NCBI GenBank assembly: GCA_001794945.1
Contig: MGMJ01000050.1
Location: 34,547 to 72,598 of the forward strand
DNA from: Chloroflexi bacterium GWC2_73_18
GTDB lineage: Bacteria > Chloroflexota > Limnocylindria > Limnocylindrales > CSP1-4
Length of the DNA: 38,052 nucleotides
Reading direction: 5' to 3'
Shown: one piece after another, positions 1 to 11,228 of the stretch
Position numbering within the stretch: the stretch's first letter is position 1
Layout of the letters: every line of letters starts with the position of its first letter
Translations under genes and position numbers: made by a program
Notes under the pieces: generated by a model
What the model saw: the letters and a program-made list of their open reading frames with translations, nothing else
What the model was told of the DNA's origin: nothing
Databases searched by the model: none

Positions 1-2
1 TC

Positions 3-1172
3 CCCTGCGACCGGGTCCTCAAGGCGATCGGCCAGGCGCCGGAGCTCGACTGGATGGCGCGTGGCGCCGACGGCGTCGCCGCCACGAAGCAGGGCCGCAT
101 CGCCGCCGACGCGGTCACCTTCGGCTCCGGGCGCACGGGCGTCTTCGCCTGCGGCGACGTGCGGATCGGCTCGTCCACCGTGGTCGAGGCGGTCGCCGAG
201 GGGCGGCGCTGCTCCTACGCCGTCGACGCCTACCTCAAGGGGATGGACCTGGGCGAGATCCGCACGCGCCAGACGCTTGCCGAGCCGCAGCCCGAGTTCC
301 TCAGCATCGTCCCCTACACCGGCGAGGCGAAGGAGCCGCGCCACCGGATGCGGGCCATGCCGGCCGCGGAGCGGCGGGCGCACTACGTCGAGTATGAGAT
401 CGCCTACACCCGCGAAGAGGCGATGGCAGAGTCGCAGCGCTGCCTGCAGTGCACCTGCGAGGCGATCGGCTTCTGCGACCTGCGCCGCCTCGGCATCGAG
501 TACGGCACGACACTGGCCACGCTCGAGCCGAAGCTCCACCGCGGCGCCGGTCACCGGAGCATCACCGAGAACCGCTTCACCGGCGTCAACCACGACTACA
601 TCCGCGACGATTCGCACGCCTTCATCCTCCGCGAGCCGGCGCGCTGCATCGACTGCGGCCGCTGCGCCCAGGTGTGCAAGGAGATCGTCGGCGCCGCCTG
701 CTACGACTTCATGCGCCTCGGCTTCGACACGCTGGTGACGACGCCGCTCGACATGAGCCTGAACGACACGCCATGCGTCTCCTGCGGGCGCTGCGCCGAG
801 ACCTGCCCGACCGGCGCGCTGATGCCGAAGCCGCGCATCCTCGAGAAATACGAGGTGGACGAGAGCCGCTGCATCCTCTGCGGTATCTGCGTCGACGCCT
901 GCCCCTACGACGCGCTCCGCTGCGGCCCCGACTTCGAGCTTGCCTCGACCAGCCGCGAGGAGCCCATGATCGACCTGATGGCCCTCGGCGCCCTCGAGCG
1001 CGACACCGAGATCAGCTACGTCCAGCGCGAGCGCGACTGGCTGGAGCGGGCGATCGCCGGCGGGCGCGCGCTCGAGGCGGGGCGGTCGCTGCCGGTCCTA
1101 CCGGCGGCCGTCCGCGGCGACGGGCGGGGCGCGGGCGGCGTCGGCCGCGGCGGCACAGCGCCCTCCGAGTGA
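3..1172 (+). CDS. 5'-truncated fusion protein: C-terminus of a GltD/SfrB-like FAD/NAD(P)-dependent oxidoreductase + NuoG-like Fe-S modules + NuoI-like C-terminal ferredoxin half
   Basis: The frame is open from base 3 (PCDRVLKAIGQ). GVFACGDV...TVVEAVAEGR is a GltD-type FAD C-terminal motif. Cys motifs: RCLQCTC..FCDL, RCIDCGRCAQVC, CVSCGRCAETCP, then YEVDESRCILCGICVDACPYDAL..GPDFELA (NuoI-like). It lies directly upstream of nuoJ. Confidence 0.85.
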   Translation, partial: PCDRVLKAIGQAPELDWMARGADGVAATKQGRIAADAVTFGSGRTGVFACGDVRIGSSTVVEAVAEGRRCSYAVDAYLKGMDLGEIRTRQTLAEPQPEFLSIVPYTGEAKEPRHRMRAMPAAERRAHYVEYEIAYTREEAMAESQRCLQCTCEAIGFCDLRRLGIEYGTTLATLEPKLHRGAGHRSITENRFTGVNHDYIRDDSHAFILREPARCIDCGRCAQVCKEIVGAACYDFMRLGFDTLVTTPLDMSLNDTPCVSCGRCAETCPTGALMPKPRILEKYEVDESRCILCGICVDACPYDALRCGPDFELASTSREEPMIDLMALGALERDTEISYVQRERDWLERAIAGGRALEAGRSLPVLPAAVRGDGRGAGGVGRGGTAPSE

Positions 1173-1188
1173 CGGGAGACACCAGGGC

Positions 1189-1734
1189 GTGACGATCCCC
1201 GCCACGGTGCCGGTCCTGGGCTGGGCCTGGGACGACCTCCTCTTCCTGGGTCTCGCCGGGATCCTGCTCGGTGCCGCACTGCTGGTCGTCCTCGGCCGCG
1301 ACATCATCCACTCGGGGCTCTGGATGATGCTCTGCTTCGGCGCGCTGGCGGGCGTCTACGCGCTCCTCGGCGCGCCGCTGGTGGCGGTCGCCCAGGTGCT
1401 CGTCTACGTCGGCGCCATCAGCGTCCTCGTCCTCTTCGCCATCATGCTGACCCAGTCGAAGGCGGGGCCGCTCCGCCTCGTCTTCCACCGCCAGGCCTGG
1501 GTCGCGGCGATCGCCTCGATCGTCTTGTTCGCCCTCTTCGTCGTCGTCGTGGCCGAGGGCGACTGGCCGCAGCGGGCCGCCGAGGTGACGCGCACCGCGA
1601 CCGATCAGCTAGCGCGCCTCCTCTTCAACGATTACGTCCTTCCCTTCGAGGGGGTCGGCGTCCTCCTCCTGGCGGCGGTGATCGGCGGCGTCTACCTGGC
1701 CAAGCGCGACCCGGGGCAGGGGGGTTCGCTGTGA
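1189..1734 (+). CDS. nuoJ: NADH-quinone oxidoreductase subunit J
   Basis: Hydrophobic; QVLVYVGAISVLVLFAIML and LFNDYVLPFE motifs; operon position. Confidence 0.95.
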   Translation: MTIPATVPVLGWAWDDLLFLGLAGILLGAALLVVLGRDIIHSGLWMMLCFGALAGVYALLGAPLVAVAQVLVYVGAISVLVLFAIMLTQSKAGPLRLVFHRQAWVAAIASIVLFALFVVVVAEGDWPQRAAEVTRTATDQLARLLFNDYVLPFEGVGVLLLAAVIGGVYLAKRDPGQGGSL

Positions 1735-2042
1735 GCGGGTCGCTCGATGCCTACCTGCTCCTCGCCGGCGCCCTCTTCTCCATCGGCGTCTTCGGCTTCC
1801 TGGCGCGCCGTAACGCGATCGCCATGCTGATGTCGATCGAGCTGATGCTCAACGCCGTCAACCTCGCCATCGTCACCTTCGGGGCGTTCGTGCCGGCGCT
1901 CACCACCCACGCCTCGGTGATCGCGCTGATGGTGATGGCGGTGGCGGCCGGTGAGGCGACGGTCGGCCTGGCCATCGTCATCGCCATCTTCCGCAACCGG
2001 CGGACGCCCCTCGTCGACGAGTACGACGCGATGCGCGAGTAG
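1731..2042 (+). CDS. nuoK: NADH-quinone oxidoreductase subunit K
   Basis: RRNAIAMLMSIELMLNAVN and AAGEATVGLAIVIAIFRNR; GTGA overlap with nuoJ. Confidence 0.97.
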   Translation: MSGSLDAYLLLAGALFSIGVFGFLARRNAIAMLMSIELMLNAVNLAIVTFGAFVPALTTHASVIALMVMAVAAGEATVGLAIVIAIFRNRRTPLVDEYDAMRE

Positions 2043-2057
2043 CGGGGACGGCAACGG

Positions 2058-4030
<1,973 letters not shown>

Positions 4031-4034
<4 letters not shown>

Positions 4035-5560
4035 ACGGCGTGCCGATCCTCTCGCTCGTCACCTTCGTGCCCCTCCTCGGGGCGGTCCTCATCGCCTTCA
4101 TCCCGCGCGGCCACGTGCGGCTGATCCGTTACGGGGCGCTCGCCGCGTCGCTCGCCGCCTTCGCGCTCTCGCTGGCCGCGCTCGCCGACTTCGATCCCGG
4201 GGCGAGCGGCTTCCAGTTCGTCGAGCAGTGGGACTGGATCCCCGCCTTCGGCATCCGCTACAAGCTGGGGATCGACGGGATCAGCCTGGCCCTGGTGGTG
4301 CTGACGACGCTCCTCACCTGGATCAGCATCCTGGCCAGCTTCGGCCCGATCAGGGAACGGGTGAAGGAGTACATGATCTCCTTCCTCGTCCTCGAGGTCG
4401 GCATGATCGGCGTCTTCGTCGCCCTCGACCTCTTCCTCTTCTACGTCTTCTGGGAGATCGTGCTGGTGCCGATGTACCTGATCATCGGCATCTGGGGCGG
4501 CGCCAACCGGATCTACGCCACCATCAAGTTCGTCCTCTACACGCTCGTCGGCTCGCTCCTCATGCTGGTCGCCATCCTGGCGACCGCCTTCGCCTGGCAG
4601 GCGGGCCACGGCGGCGACTGGACCGGCGCCTTCGACTACGAGCAACTCCGCGGCTACGCCTTCGACGGGACGCTCCAGACGCTCGCCTTCGGCGCCTTCT
4701 TCCTGGCCTTCGCCATCAAGGTGCCGATGTTCCCCTTCCACACCTGGCTGCCCGACGCGCACGTCGAGGCGCCGACGGCCGGCTCGGTGATCCTGGCCGG
4801 CGTCCTGCTCAAGCTGGGCGGCTACGGCTTCATCCGCTACTCGCTGCCACTCTTTCCCGACGCCGCCCACGCCTGGGCGCCGGCGATCATCGTCCTCAGC
4901 GTCATCGCCATCGTCTACGGCGCGATCGTCGCCCTCGTGCAGCCCGACTTCAAGAAGCTGGTCGCTTACAGCTCGGTCAGCCACATGGGCTTCGTGACGC
5001 TCGGCATCTTCGTCTTCCAGCCCCAGGCGCTCGAGGGGGCGATCGTGCAGATGGTCGGCCACGGCCTGATCACCGGCGCCCTCTTCCTCTGCGTCGGGGT
5101 CCTCTACGAGCGGACGCACGACCGCGAGCTGGCGAAGATGGGCGGCCTGGCCGAGCCGGTCCCGCTCTACGCCGCCACGCTCGGCTTCTTCGCCCTCGCC
5201 TCGCTCGGCCTGCCCGGCTTGGCCGGCTTCGTCGGCGAGTTCCTCGTCCTGCTCGGCACCTGGGCGGTCAACCCGCCGGTCGCGGCGATCTCGGCAGGCG
5301 TCGTCATCCTCTCCGCCACCTACCTGCTCTGGATGTTCCAGCGCGTCGCCTTCGGCGAGCTGTCCGACTTCCTGCGCGGACTCGGCCAACACCTCACCGA
5401 CATGTCGCCGGTCGAGCTGCTGACGCTCAGCCCGCTGGTCGCGCTGACGGTCGTCTTCGGCCTCTTCCCGGCGCTCATCCTCGAGCTGCTCCACGGGCCG
5501 GTGGCGACCATCCTGGCGCGGACCGGCGGCGGCCTCGACCTGCTCGGGCTGGTGCGGTGA
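4031..5560 (+). CDS. nuoM: NADH-quinone oxidoreductase subunit M
   Basis: AFAIKVPMFPFHTWLPDAHVEAPTAGS, KKLVAYSSVSHMG. The GTG at 4031 overlaps the nuoL stop; the ORF-track start at 3791 is an upstream extension. Confidence 0.97.
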
Positions 5561-5576
5561 TGCAGCGGAGCAGCCG

Positions 5577-7088
5577 ATGACGTCGGCCGACCTGACCGCG
5601 CTGGCGCCGCTCCTGGCCGTCCTCGGCGTGGCGATCCTCGTGCTCGCGGTCGACTTCGTGCTGCCCGGCCGCGACGACCTGGCGGTCGCCCTCGGCGTCG
5701 TCGGGATCGTCGTCGTCGGCGCGGTCACCTGGGCGACCGGCGGGGGCGTCGATGGCGCGATCCAGTCGGCCTTCGGCGGCTCCTACGCCGTCGACGCGGC
5801 GACGACCTTCCTTGACCTCGTCTTCGTCGTCATCGCCCTGATCACGCTCCTCGTGGCGCCCGACTACCTGGGGCCGCGCGGCCTCCCCTTCGCCGAGTTC
5901 ACGGTGACGCTCCTCTTCGCCATCTCCGGCGCCTTCCTGATCGCCGGCTCGGCCGACCTGCTCGTCCTGTTCCTCGGCCTCGAGCTGCTCGTCCTGCCCG
6001 GCTACATGCTGGCTGGCTTCCACAAGCGAGAAGGGCTCTCCACCGAGGGCGCCATCAAGTACTTCCTGCTCGGTTCGTTCTCGAGCGCGATCTTCCTCTT
6101 CGGCCTCGCCTTCGTCTGGGGCTTCACCGGCACGACCCGGATCGCCGAGGTCGCCGCCGCGCTGGCCGGCGGGCCGCTCGGCCCCGGCCTGGCGATGGGT
6201 CTCGCCTTCCTGACGGCCGGCGCGGCCTTCAAGATCGCCGCCGTCCCCTTCCACTACTGGACGCCGGACGCCTACCAGGGCTCACCGACGCCGGTCACCG
6301 CGTACCTGTCGACCGGGCCCAAGGTCGCCGCGTTCGCCCTCATCCTGCGTGTCTTCGTCGAATCCCTCGGCGGGATCCGCGCCGAATGGGTGGGGGCGAT
6401 CGTCGTGCTGGCTGCGCTGACGATGACGCTCGGCAACCTGGTGGCGCTCACCCAGTCGAACCTCAAGCGGATGCTGGCCTACTCCTCGATCGCCCACACC
6501 GGCTACATCCTGGTCGGGCTCGCCGCCTTCGCCGCCGAGCCGGCCGGTGACCCGTCGCGCTCGGGGCTGGAGGGGATCCTCTTCTACACGGCCGCCTACG
6601 CCTTCATGAACCTGGGCGCCTTCGCCGTCGTCTCGGCGCTCCAGCGGCGCCCCGGCGTCACCAGCGAGATCGGCACCTACGCCGGCCTGATCCGACGGGA
6701 ACCCGTGGCGGCGGTGCTGATGGCCCTCTTCCTCCTCTCGCTGGTGGGCATCCCGCCGACCGCCGGCTTCTTCGGCAAAGCCTACGTCATCCTGGCCGCC
6801 GTCCAGTCGACCGACCCGGCGGTCGTGGCCCTCGCCGTGCTCGCCGTCCTGAACGCCGCGGCGGCCGCCTTCTACTACCTGCGCGTGGTCGTCTTCATGT
6901 TCATGCGCGAGGCGCCCGAGGGGATGCCGCCGGTCGGGCTGGGCGGCATCCTCCGCGAGCGGCGCCTCTTCCTCCTCTGGACCGGCCTCGCCGCGGCGGG
7001 CGTGGGGACGGTGGTCCTGGGGCTCTACCCGGTTCCCATCCTCGAGATGGTGGTCAAGGCGGCGGCGGCCCTCGTCGCGCCGGGGTAG
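5577..7088 (+). CDS. nuoN: NADH-quinone oxidoreductase subunit N
   Basis: EGAIKYFLLG, FKIAAVPFHYWTPDAYQGSPTPV, KRMLAYSSIAHTGY. Confidence 0.97.
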   Translation: MTSADLTALAPLLAVLGVAILVLAVDFVLPGRDDLAVALGVVGIVVVGAVTWATGGGVDGAIQSAFGGSYAVDAATTFLDLVFVVIALITLLVAPDYLGPRGLPFAEFTVTLLFAISGAFLIAGSADLLVLFLGLELLVLPGYMLAGFHKREGLSTEGAIKYFLLGSFSSAIFLFGLAFVWGFTGTTRIAEVAAALAGGPLGPGLAMGLAFLTAGAAFKIAAVPFHYWTPDAYQGSPTPVTAYLSTGPKVAAFALILRVFVESLGGIRAEWVGAIVVLAALTMTLGNLVALTQSNLKRMLAYSSIAHTGYILVGLAAFAAEPAGDPSRSGLEGILFYTAAYAFMNLGAFAVVSALQRRPGVTSEIGTYAGLIRREPVAAVLMALFLLSLVGIPPTAGFFGKAYVILAAVQSTDPAVVALAVLAVLNAAAAAFYYLRVVVFMFMREAPEGMPPVGLGGILRERRLFLLWTGLAAAGVGTVVLGLYPVPILEMVVKAAAALVAPG

Positions 7089-7937
7089 TCAGCCCGCCAG
7101 CAGCCCCGCCAGCTTGCCCAGCAGACGCGCCGCCGCGCGCGGCGAAGAGAGGAGCACGTCGGCGGCGCCGGCGACGTCGGGTGGCATCTCGGCATGCGAG
7201 TGGACCCCCACGGCCAGCCCGTCGAGGGCCCCCGTGGCGCGCCGTTCGCGCAGGACCAGGAACATCTCCGCGTCGGCGCGGTCGTCGCCCAGGACGACGA
7301 GGCCGGCCGGGCGCAGCTCGTCGACGAGGCGGCGGATCGTCTCGCCCTTGCCGGCGGCGTCGGGCGGGCGGAGCTCGATGACGCGCCGTCCTGCGTAGCG
7401 CCGGAAGACCGCGCCCGGGTCGGCCGACTCGATCGCCTCGGCGACGCGGAGGCGGGCCGCCTCGCCGTCGGAGGCGCCCCGGAAGTGGAAGGCGACCGAC
7501 GGACCCTTCGGCTCCACCACGAGCCAGGGCTCGGGAAGCGCCGCCGCCACGCGCCCGGCAACCTGCTCCGCCTCGACGGTGAAGGGCGCCAGCTCCGGGT
7601 CGTGCACGACGCGCATGGCGGCGGCGCGGCCGCGTCGGGCGAGCGAGGCGCGCTCGAGGCCGAAGTTGCCCAGGTAGGTCGCCCCGCCGACCCGCGCCCG
7701 CGCCGCGAGGTCGGTCACCGTGCGCCCGGAGAGGAGCACGACGTGGACACCCCGGAGCGCCGCCAGCTGCCTCAGGGCGCGCTGCGCGACCGGGAGGACG
7801 CGCGCCCCCCAGGGGTCGACGACGATCTCGCTCAGCGTCCCGTCGAAATCCGAGGCGACCAGGAAGGGGCGTCGGCCGCGCAGCGAGGCGAGGCGCCCGA
7901 GGGCGACCTCGAGCGCGGCGTCCGCGTCACGCCTCAC
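7089..7937 (-). CDS. otsB: trehalose-6-phosphate phosphatase (HAD IIB)
   Basis: C-terminal part of ORF 7089..9566. Motifs SDFDGTL, LLSGR, EPKGPSVAFHFR, GKGE and LGDDRAD. The GTG at 7937 overlaps the stop of the upstream gene. Confidence 0.85.
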   Translation of the reverse strand: MRRDADAALEVALGRLASLRGRRPFLVASDFDGTLSEIVVDPWGARVLPVAQRALRQLAALRGVHVVLLSGRTVTDLAARARVGGATYLGNFGLERASLARRGRAAAMRVVHDPELAPFTVEAEQVAGRVAAALPEPWLVVEPKGPSVAFHFRGASDGEAARLRVAEAIESADPGAVFRRYAGRRVIELRPPDAAGKGETIRRLVDELRPAGLVVLGDDRADAEMFLVLRERRATGALDGLAVGVHSHAEMPPDVAGAADVLLSSPRAAARLLGKLAGLLAG

Positions 7938-8683
7938 GTGTCGAAGACGACGCCCGGCAGGACCTTCCCCAGCCCATCCCCCATCTGCGGCGGCCCGATC
8001 CCGCCGAAGGCCCAGGCGCGCACGATCCCGTCGCGGTCGATCCAGAAGTGCACCGGCATGACCCAGGCGGCCCAGAAGGCCCGCGTCTTCCCGTCCGGGT
8101 CGACGCCGACCGGGAAGGTCAGGCCCATCTCCTCGGCGAAGGCGGCGGCCGTCTCGGGCGACTCCTGGATATCGACGCCGATGACCACCAGGTCGAGCTC
8201 GGGATGGCGGGCGACGAAGCTGGCGATCAGCGGCAGCTCGTCGCGGCAGGCGAGGCAGGTGCTCGCCAGGAAGTTGACCCAGACCGGGTGACCGCGGTGG
8301 GCGGCCAGGTCGATCGTCCCGCCACCGAGGCGATCGACGACGAGGGGCGGGGCGAGGTCGCCGACCTGGAGGCCGGTCGTCGGGCTGCCGGAGGCGGCCG
8401 GTGAGCCGCTCTCCGGGGGAGACGGGCTCGTCCCGGGGGACGGCTCGAGCGACCCCGAGGGCAGGACCGAGGCGGAGGGGACGACCGGGGCGGAGGGCGA
8501 CTCGGGCGGAGGCGACGAGGGAGAGGCGGCGGGTGGCGGGCTCGGCGTGGGCGCCGGCGGCGGGGTCCGCGTCGCCGGGTCGGGCGCGTTCGCGACAAGG
8601 GCGCCGATCACCAGGACGACCAGCACGAGTCCGGCGACGAACCCGAGCAGGACCGGCGCGAGGCTGCGAGCGCGTCGTGACAC
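7934..8683 (-). CDS. membrane-anchored TlpA/ResA-family thiol-disulfide oxidoreductase
   Basis: N-terminal TM, Ser/Pro-rich linker, GDLAPP, WVNFLASTCLACRDELP (CxxC), MPVHFWIDRDGIVR. Confidence 0.88.
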   Translation of the reverse strand: MSRRARSLAPVLLGFVAGLVLVVLVIGALVANAPDPATRTPPPAPTPSPPPAASPSSPPPESPSAPVVPSASVLPSGSLEPSPGTSPSPPESGSPAASGSPTTGLQVGDLAPPLVVDRLGGGTIDLAAHRGHPVWVNFLASTCLACRDELPLIASFVARHPELDLVVIGVDIQESPETAAAFAEEMGLTFPVGVDPDGKTRAFWAAWVMPVHFWIDRDGIVRAWAFGGIGPPQMGDGLGKVLPGVVFDT

Positions 8684-8690
8684 GGCGGGC

Positions 8691-8696
8691 AGTGTA
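8691..8696 (-). promoter_or_regulatory. -10 element (TACACT) of a probable leaderless tlpA-otsB transcript
   Basis: TACACT on the minus strand, 7 nt before the GTG at 8683; no SD sequence. Confidence 0.55.
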
Positions 8697-8762
8697 CGCG
8701 ACGAAGACGGTGCGAAGCGTCAACGGAACCCGGTCCGGGAACGCGGCGTCGTCGGAAGGCGC

Positions 8763-8771
8763 TGCTACGAT
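8763..8771 (+). promoter_or_regulatory. extended -10 (TGcTACGAT) of the leaderless sortase-like gene
   Basis: TG-n-TACGAT, 6 nt before the GTG at 8778. Confidence 0.55.
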
Positions 8772-8777
8772 TCGCCC

Positions 8778-9482
8778 GTGAGCCTCCTGACGCGTCTGCT
8801 CGGCCGCCTCCTGCGCCGTCTCGTGCCGGCGCTCCTGACCGCCTCCGGCGTGACGCTCCTCGTCGCCGGGCTTCTCTCGTACGACGCGACCGCCGGCCCG
8901 AGCCCCACGCCCCCGGCGACGACCAGCCCCTCGCCGGCGCCCACCTCCGGTCCGACGCCCTCGCCGGGATCCACCACCCCCGGGCCATCGGAGAGCCCGG
9001 CGCCGGGCGGCGTCGCCAGCCGCATCGCCATCCCCGCCCTCAAGATTGACCTGCCGGTCGTCGAGGGACCCCCCGGTTACCCCTACTGCGACGTGGCGAT
9101 GTACCTCAAGGAGTACTCCCAGCCCGGCCGGCCCGGCACGACCTACATCTTCGCCCACGCCCGAAAGGGGATGTTCCTGCCGCTCCTGGAGGCGTCCCTC
9201 CGCAGCAACGGGAAGTCGATGCTCGGCGCTCTCGTCCTCGTCTACACCACCGACGACCAGCTCTTCCTCTACGAGATCGACCGGGTCAAGCGCCACGCCC
9301 TCGACTTCTCGCTTGCCGACGAGCTCCCCGATGGGGTGACCGAGCAGCTCGTCCTGCAGACATCCGAGGGGCCCCACGGCACCAAGCCCAAGCTGCAGGT
9401 CCGCGCCAGGCTCCTCTACGTCACGACCGCCGATCACGAGCTGGCCAACCCCGAGCCGCACATCGATCGCTGCGGCTTCTAG
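8778..9482 (+). CDS. sortase-fold membrane protein with an atypical active site (LQTS instead of LxTC)
   Basis: N-terminal TM and Pro/Ser/Thr linker, then RIAIPALKIDLPVVEG, PGRPGTTYIFAHAR (catalytic His position) and LVLQTSEG..KLQVRA. Confidence 0.75.
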   Translation: MSLLTRLLGRLLRRLVPALLTASGVTLLVAGLLSYDATAGPSPTPPATTSPSPAPTSGPTPSPGSTTPGPSESPAPGGVASRIAIPALKIDLPVVEGPPGYPYCDVAMYLKEYSQPGRPGTTYIFAHARKGMFLPLLEASLRSNGKSMLGALVLVYTTDDQLFLYEIDRVKRHALDFSLADELPDGVTEQLVLQTSEGPHGTKPKLQVRARLLYVTTADHELANPEPHIDRCGF

Positions 9483-11118
9483 GGCCTGGGCGCGCCTGGA
9501 GGGCGATGGCGGCGTCCGCTTCCTCGCCGGCACCGTCGCCGGTCGCGCGCCGCGGTCGCCCCGCACCCAGCAGCCAGGCCGGCACGATCGCCGCGACCGT
9601 CACCGCCAGGGCAATCAGGAAGAGGAGCGACATGATCTCGGCCGCCTGCCCGGCGGCCCAGCGCTCGAGCGCCTCGACGACGAGGCCGTCGTTGAGCGGC
9701 CGCCCCCGCAGCCCCGGCGGCAGGATGGTGTCGCGGAGCAACGGGTCGCCAACGATCCGGGCGAGCGCATCGATCCGGTTGCTGCCGAACTGCGTCAGGA
9801 CCGCCAGCCCGACGGTCATGCCGACCATACGGGCGACGGTGACGGCGGCCGAGGCGGCGCCGTAGGCGCGCCGGCCGAGCGCCTCGACCGCGGCGGTCGA
9901 ACGCGGCGTCACGGTCACCCCGAAGCCGAAGCCGAAGAGGGCGAGGTCGAGGGCGATCCGGGCGAGGTCGACATCCGGGCCCCAGGCGCCCATCCGCACC
10001 AGGCCCAGCGCCGAGAACGCCAGGCCGGCGAGTGCCGAGACGCGGAAGGCGAGCGCCCGCACCAGGAAGCCGGAGAGGAAGGCACCCGCGGCGACCGCCG
10101 CGGCGAGCGCGCCGAGGGCGACGCGCTGCGTCTCGGGCCCACCGTAGAGGACGCGGTCGACGAAGACCGCGCCGCCGACGATCGCCGTAGCCAGGCCGTA
10201 CCCGGTGAGCAGGCTGACGAGGACCGCCGAAGCGTAGACCCGGTCGGCGAAGTGGCGCGTCTCGATGAACCCGTCGACCACCAGCGCCCCGCGGACGACG
10301 GCGAGCGCCACCAGCGCGGCCGAGGCGAGGGCGAGCGCGAGCAGGCCGCCCGTCCCGCCGGGGACTTCGGGCGAGCCGGCCCAGGTGACGGCGGCCAGGC
10401 CGCAGCCGAGGCCGGCGGCGAAGAGGAGAGCCCCCGGCAGGTCGACCCGCCCCGGCCGCCGCGGCGTGTCTGTTCCCATCGCCGCCCAGCTGTAGGCGAG
10501 CGCCACGAGCCCGACCGGCACGTTGACGTAGAAGACCCACCGCCAGGCCGGCGTCAGCCAGTCCATCGCCGGGCTCCCGGCCAGGCCGGCGCCGGTGAGC
10601 GGGCCCTCGAGGCGCGCCAGGTCGAGGACCGCCGCCCCCACGAACGGCCCGACCGCCATCCCCAGGAAGGTGAGCGCCCCGATCAGGCCGAGCGCGCGCG
10701 GCCGCCCGCGTTCGTCGAAGAGGTGGCTCGCCCCGGCGGTGGCCAGCGGTACGAGCGCGCCGCCGCCGGCCCCCTGGACGACGCGGGCGGCGATCAGCTC
10801 GTCGAGGTCCTGGGCGCGCCCGGCGAGCGCCGAGCCCACGGTGAAGAGGGCGAGCGCGGCGAGGAGCAGGCGGCGCGTGCCGAGGACGTCACTGGCGCGC
10901 CCCGCGACGGGCATGACGGCCACGTAGGCGAGCAGGTAACCGTTGATGATCCACGATGCCCGCCGGAGCTGCGTCCAATCGGAGAGGTCGGGCACGATCG
11001 CCGGCAGGGCGACGGCGGTCACCATCAGCTCGAGGCCGGCCAGGAAGACCCCCGCCCCCAGGACGGCGAGCAGGACGAGCCGCCCTGCCGCGGCGGCCGG
11101 CCGGGGCCCCTGCACCAT
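9421..11118 (-). CDS. MFS transporter, DHA2 (14-TM drug:H+ antiporter-like)
   Basis: ELMVTAVALP, WIINGYLL, GRASDVLGTRR, ARVVQGAGGG, WRWVFYVNVPVG. The ATG at 11118 is preceded by TACACT 6 nt upstream. Confidence 0.9.
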   Translation of the reverse strand: MVQGPRPAAAAGRLVLLAVLGAGVFLAGLELMVTAVALPAIVPDLSDWTQLRRASWIINGYLLAYVAVMPVAGRASDVLGTRRLLLAALALFTVGSALAGRAQDLDELIAARVVQGAGGGALVPLATAGASHLFDERGRPRALGLIGALTFLGMAVGPFVGAAVLDLARLEGPLTGAGLAGSPAMDWLTPAWRWVFYVNVPVGLVALAYSWAAMGTDTPRRPGRVDLPGALLFAAGLGCGLAAVTWAGSPEVPGGTGGLLALALASAALVALAVVRGALVVDGFIETRHFADRVYASAVLVSLLTGYGLATAIVGGAVFVDRVLYGGPETQRVALGALAAAVAAGAFLSGFLVRALAFRVSALAGLAFSALGLVRMGAWGPDVDLARIALDLALFGFGFGVTVTPRSTAAVEALGRRAYGAASAAVTVARMVGMTVGLAVLTQFGSNRIDALARIVGDPLLRDTILPPGLRGRPLNDGLVVEALERWAAGQAAEIMSLLFLIALAVTVAAIVPAWLLGAGRPRRATGDGAGEEADAAIALQARPGPRSRSDRCAARGWPARDRRS

Positions 11119-11188
11119 GCACGGAGTGTAGGGGCGAGGCCGGCGCCGCGGTCTGCCCCACGTCCGGCTCGTCACCGAGGGCCGGCCC

Positions 11189-11221
11189 TTGACACCGCAT
11201 CAACATTCCTTTATATAAAGG
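11189..11221 (+). promoter_or_regulatory. sigma70-type promoter of the arsR-pgsA-ino1 operon with an overlapping 14-bp palindrome (probable operator)
   Basis: TTGACA at 11189-11194 and an AT-rich TATATAAA -10 region at 11212-11219. The perfect palindrome CCTTTATATAAAGG spans 11208-11221. Confidence 0.75.
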
Positions 11222-11228
11222 GCCGCTT

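Noticed and set aside
7938-9566. 825-aa ORF suggesting a large otsB fusion
   Set aside because: The upstream part is low-complexity Arg/Pro/Gly overlapping tlpA and the sortase gene; the HAD domain starts at the GTG at 7937.
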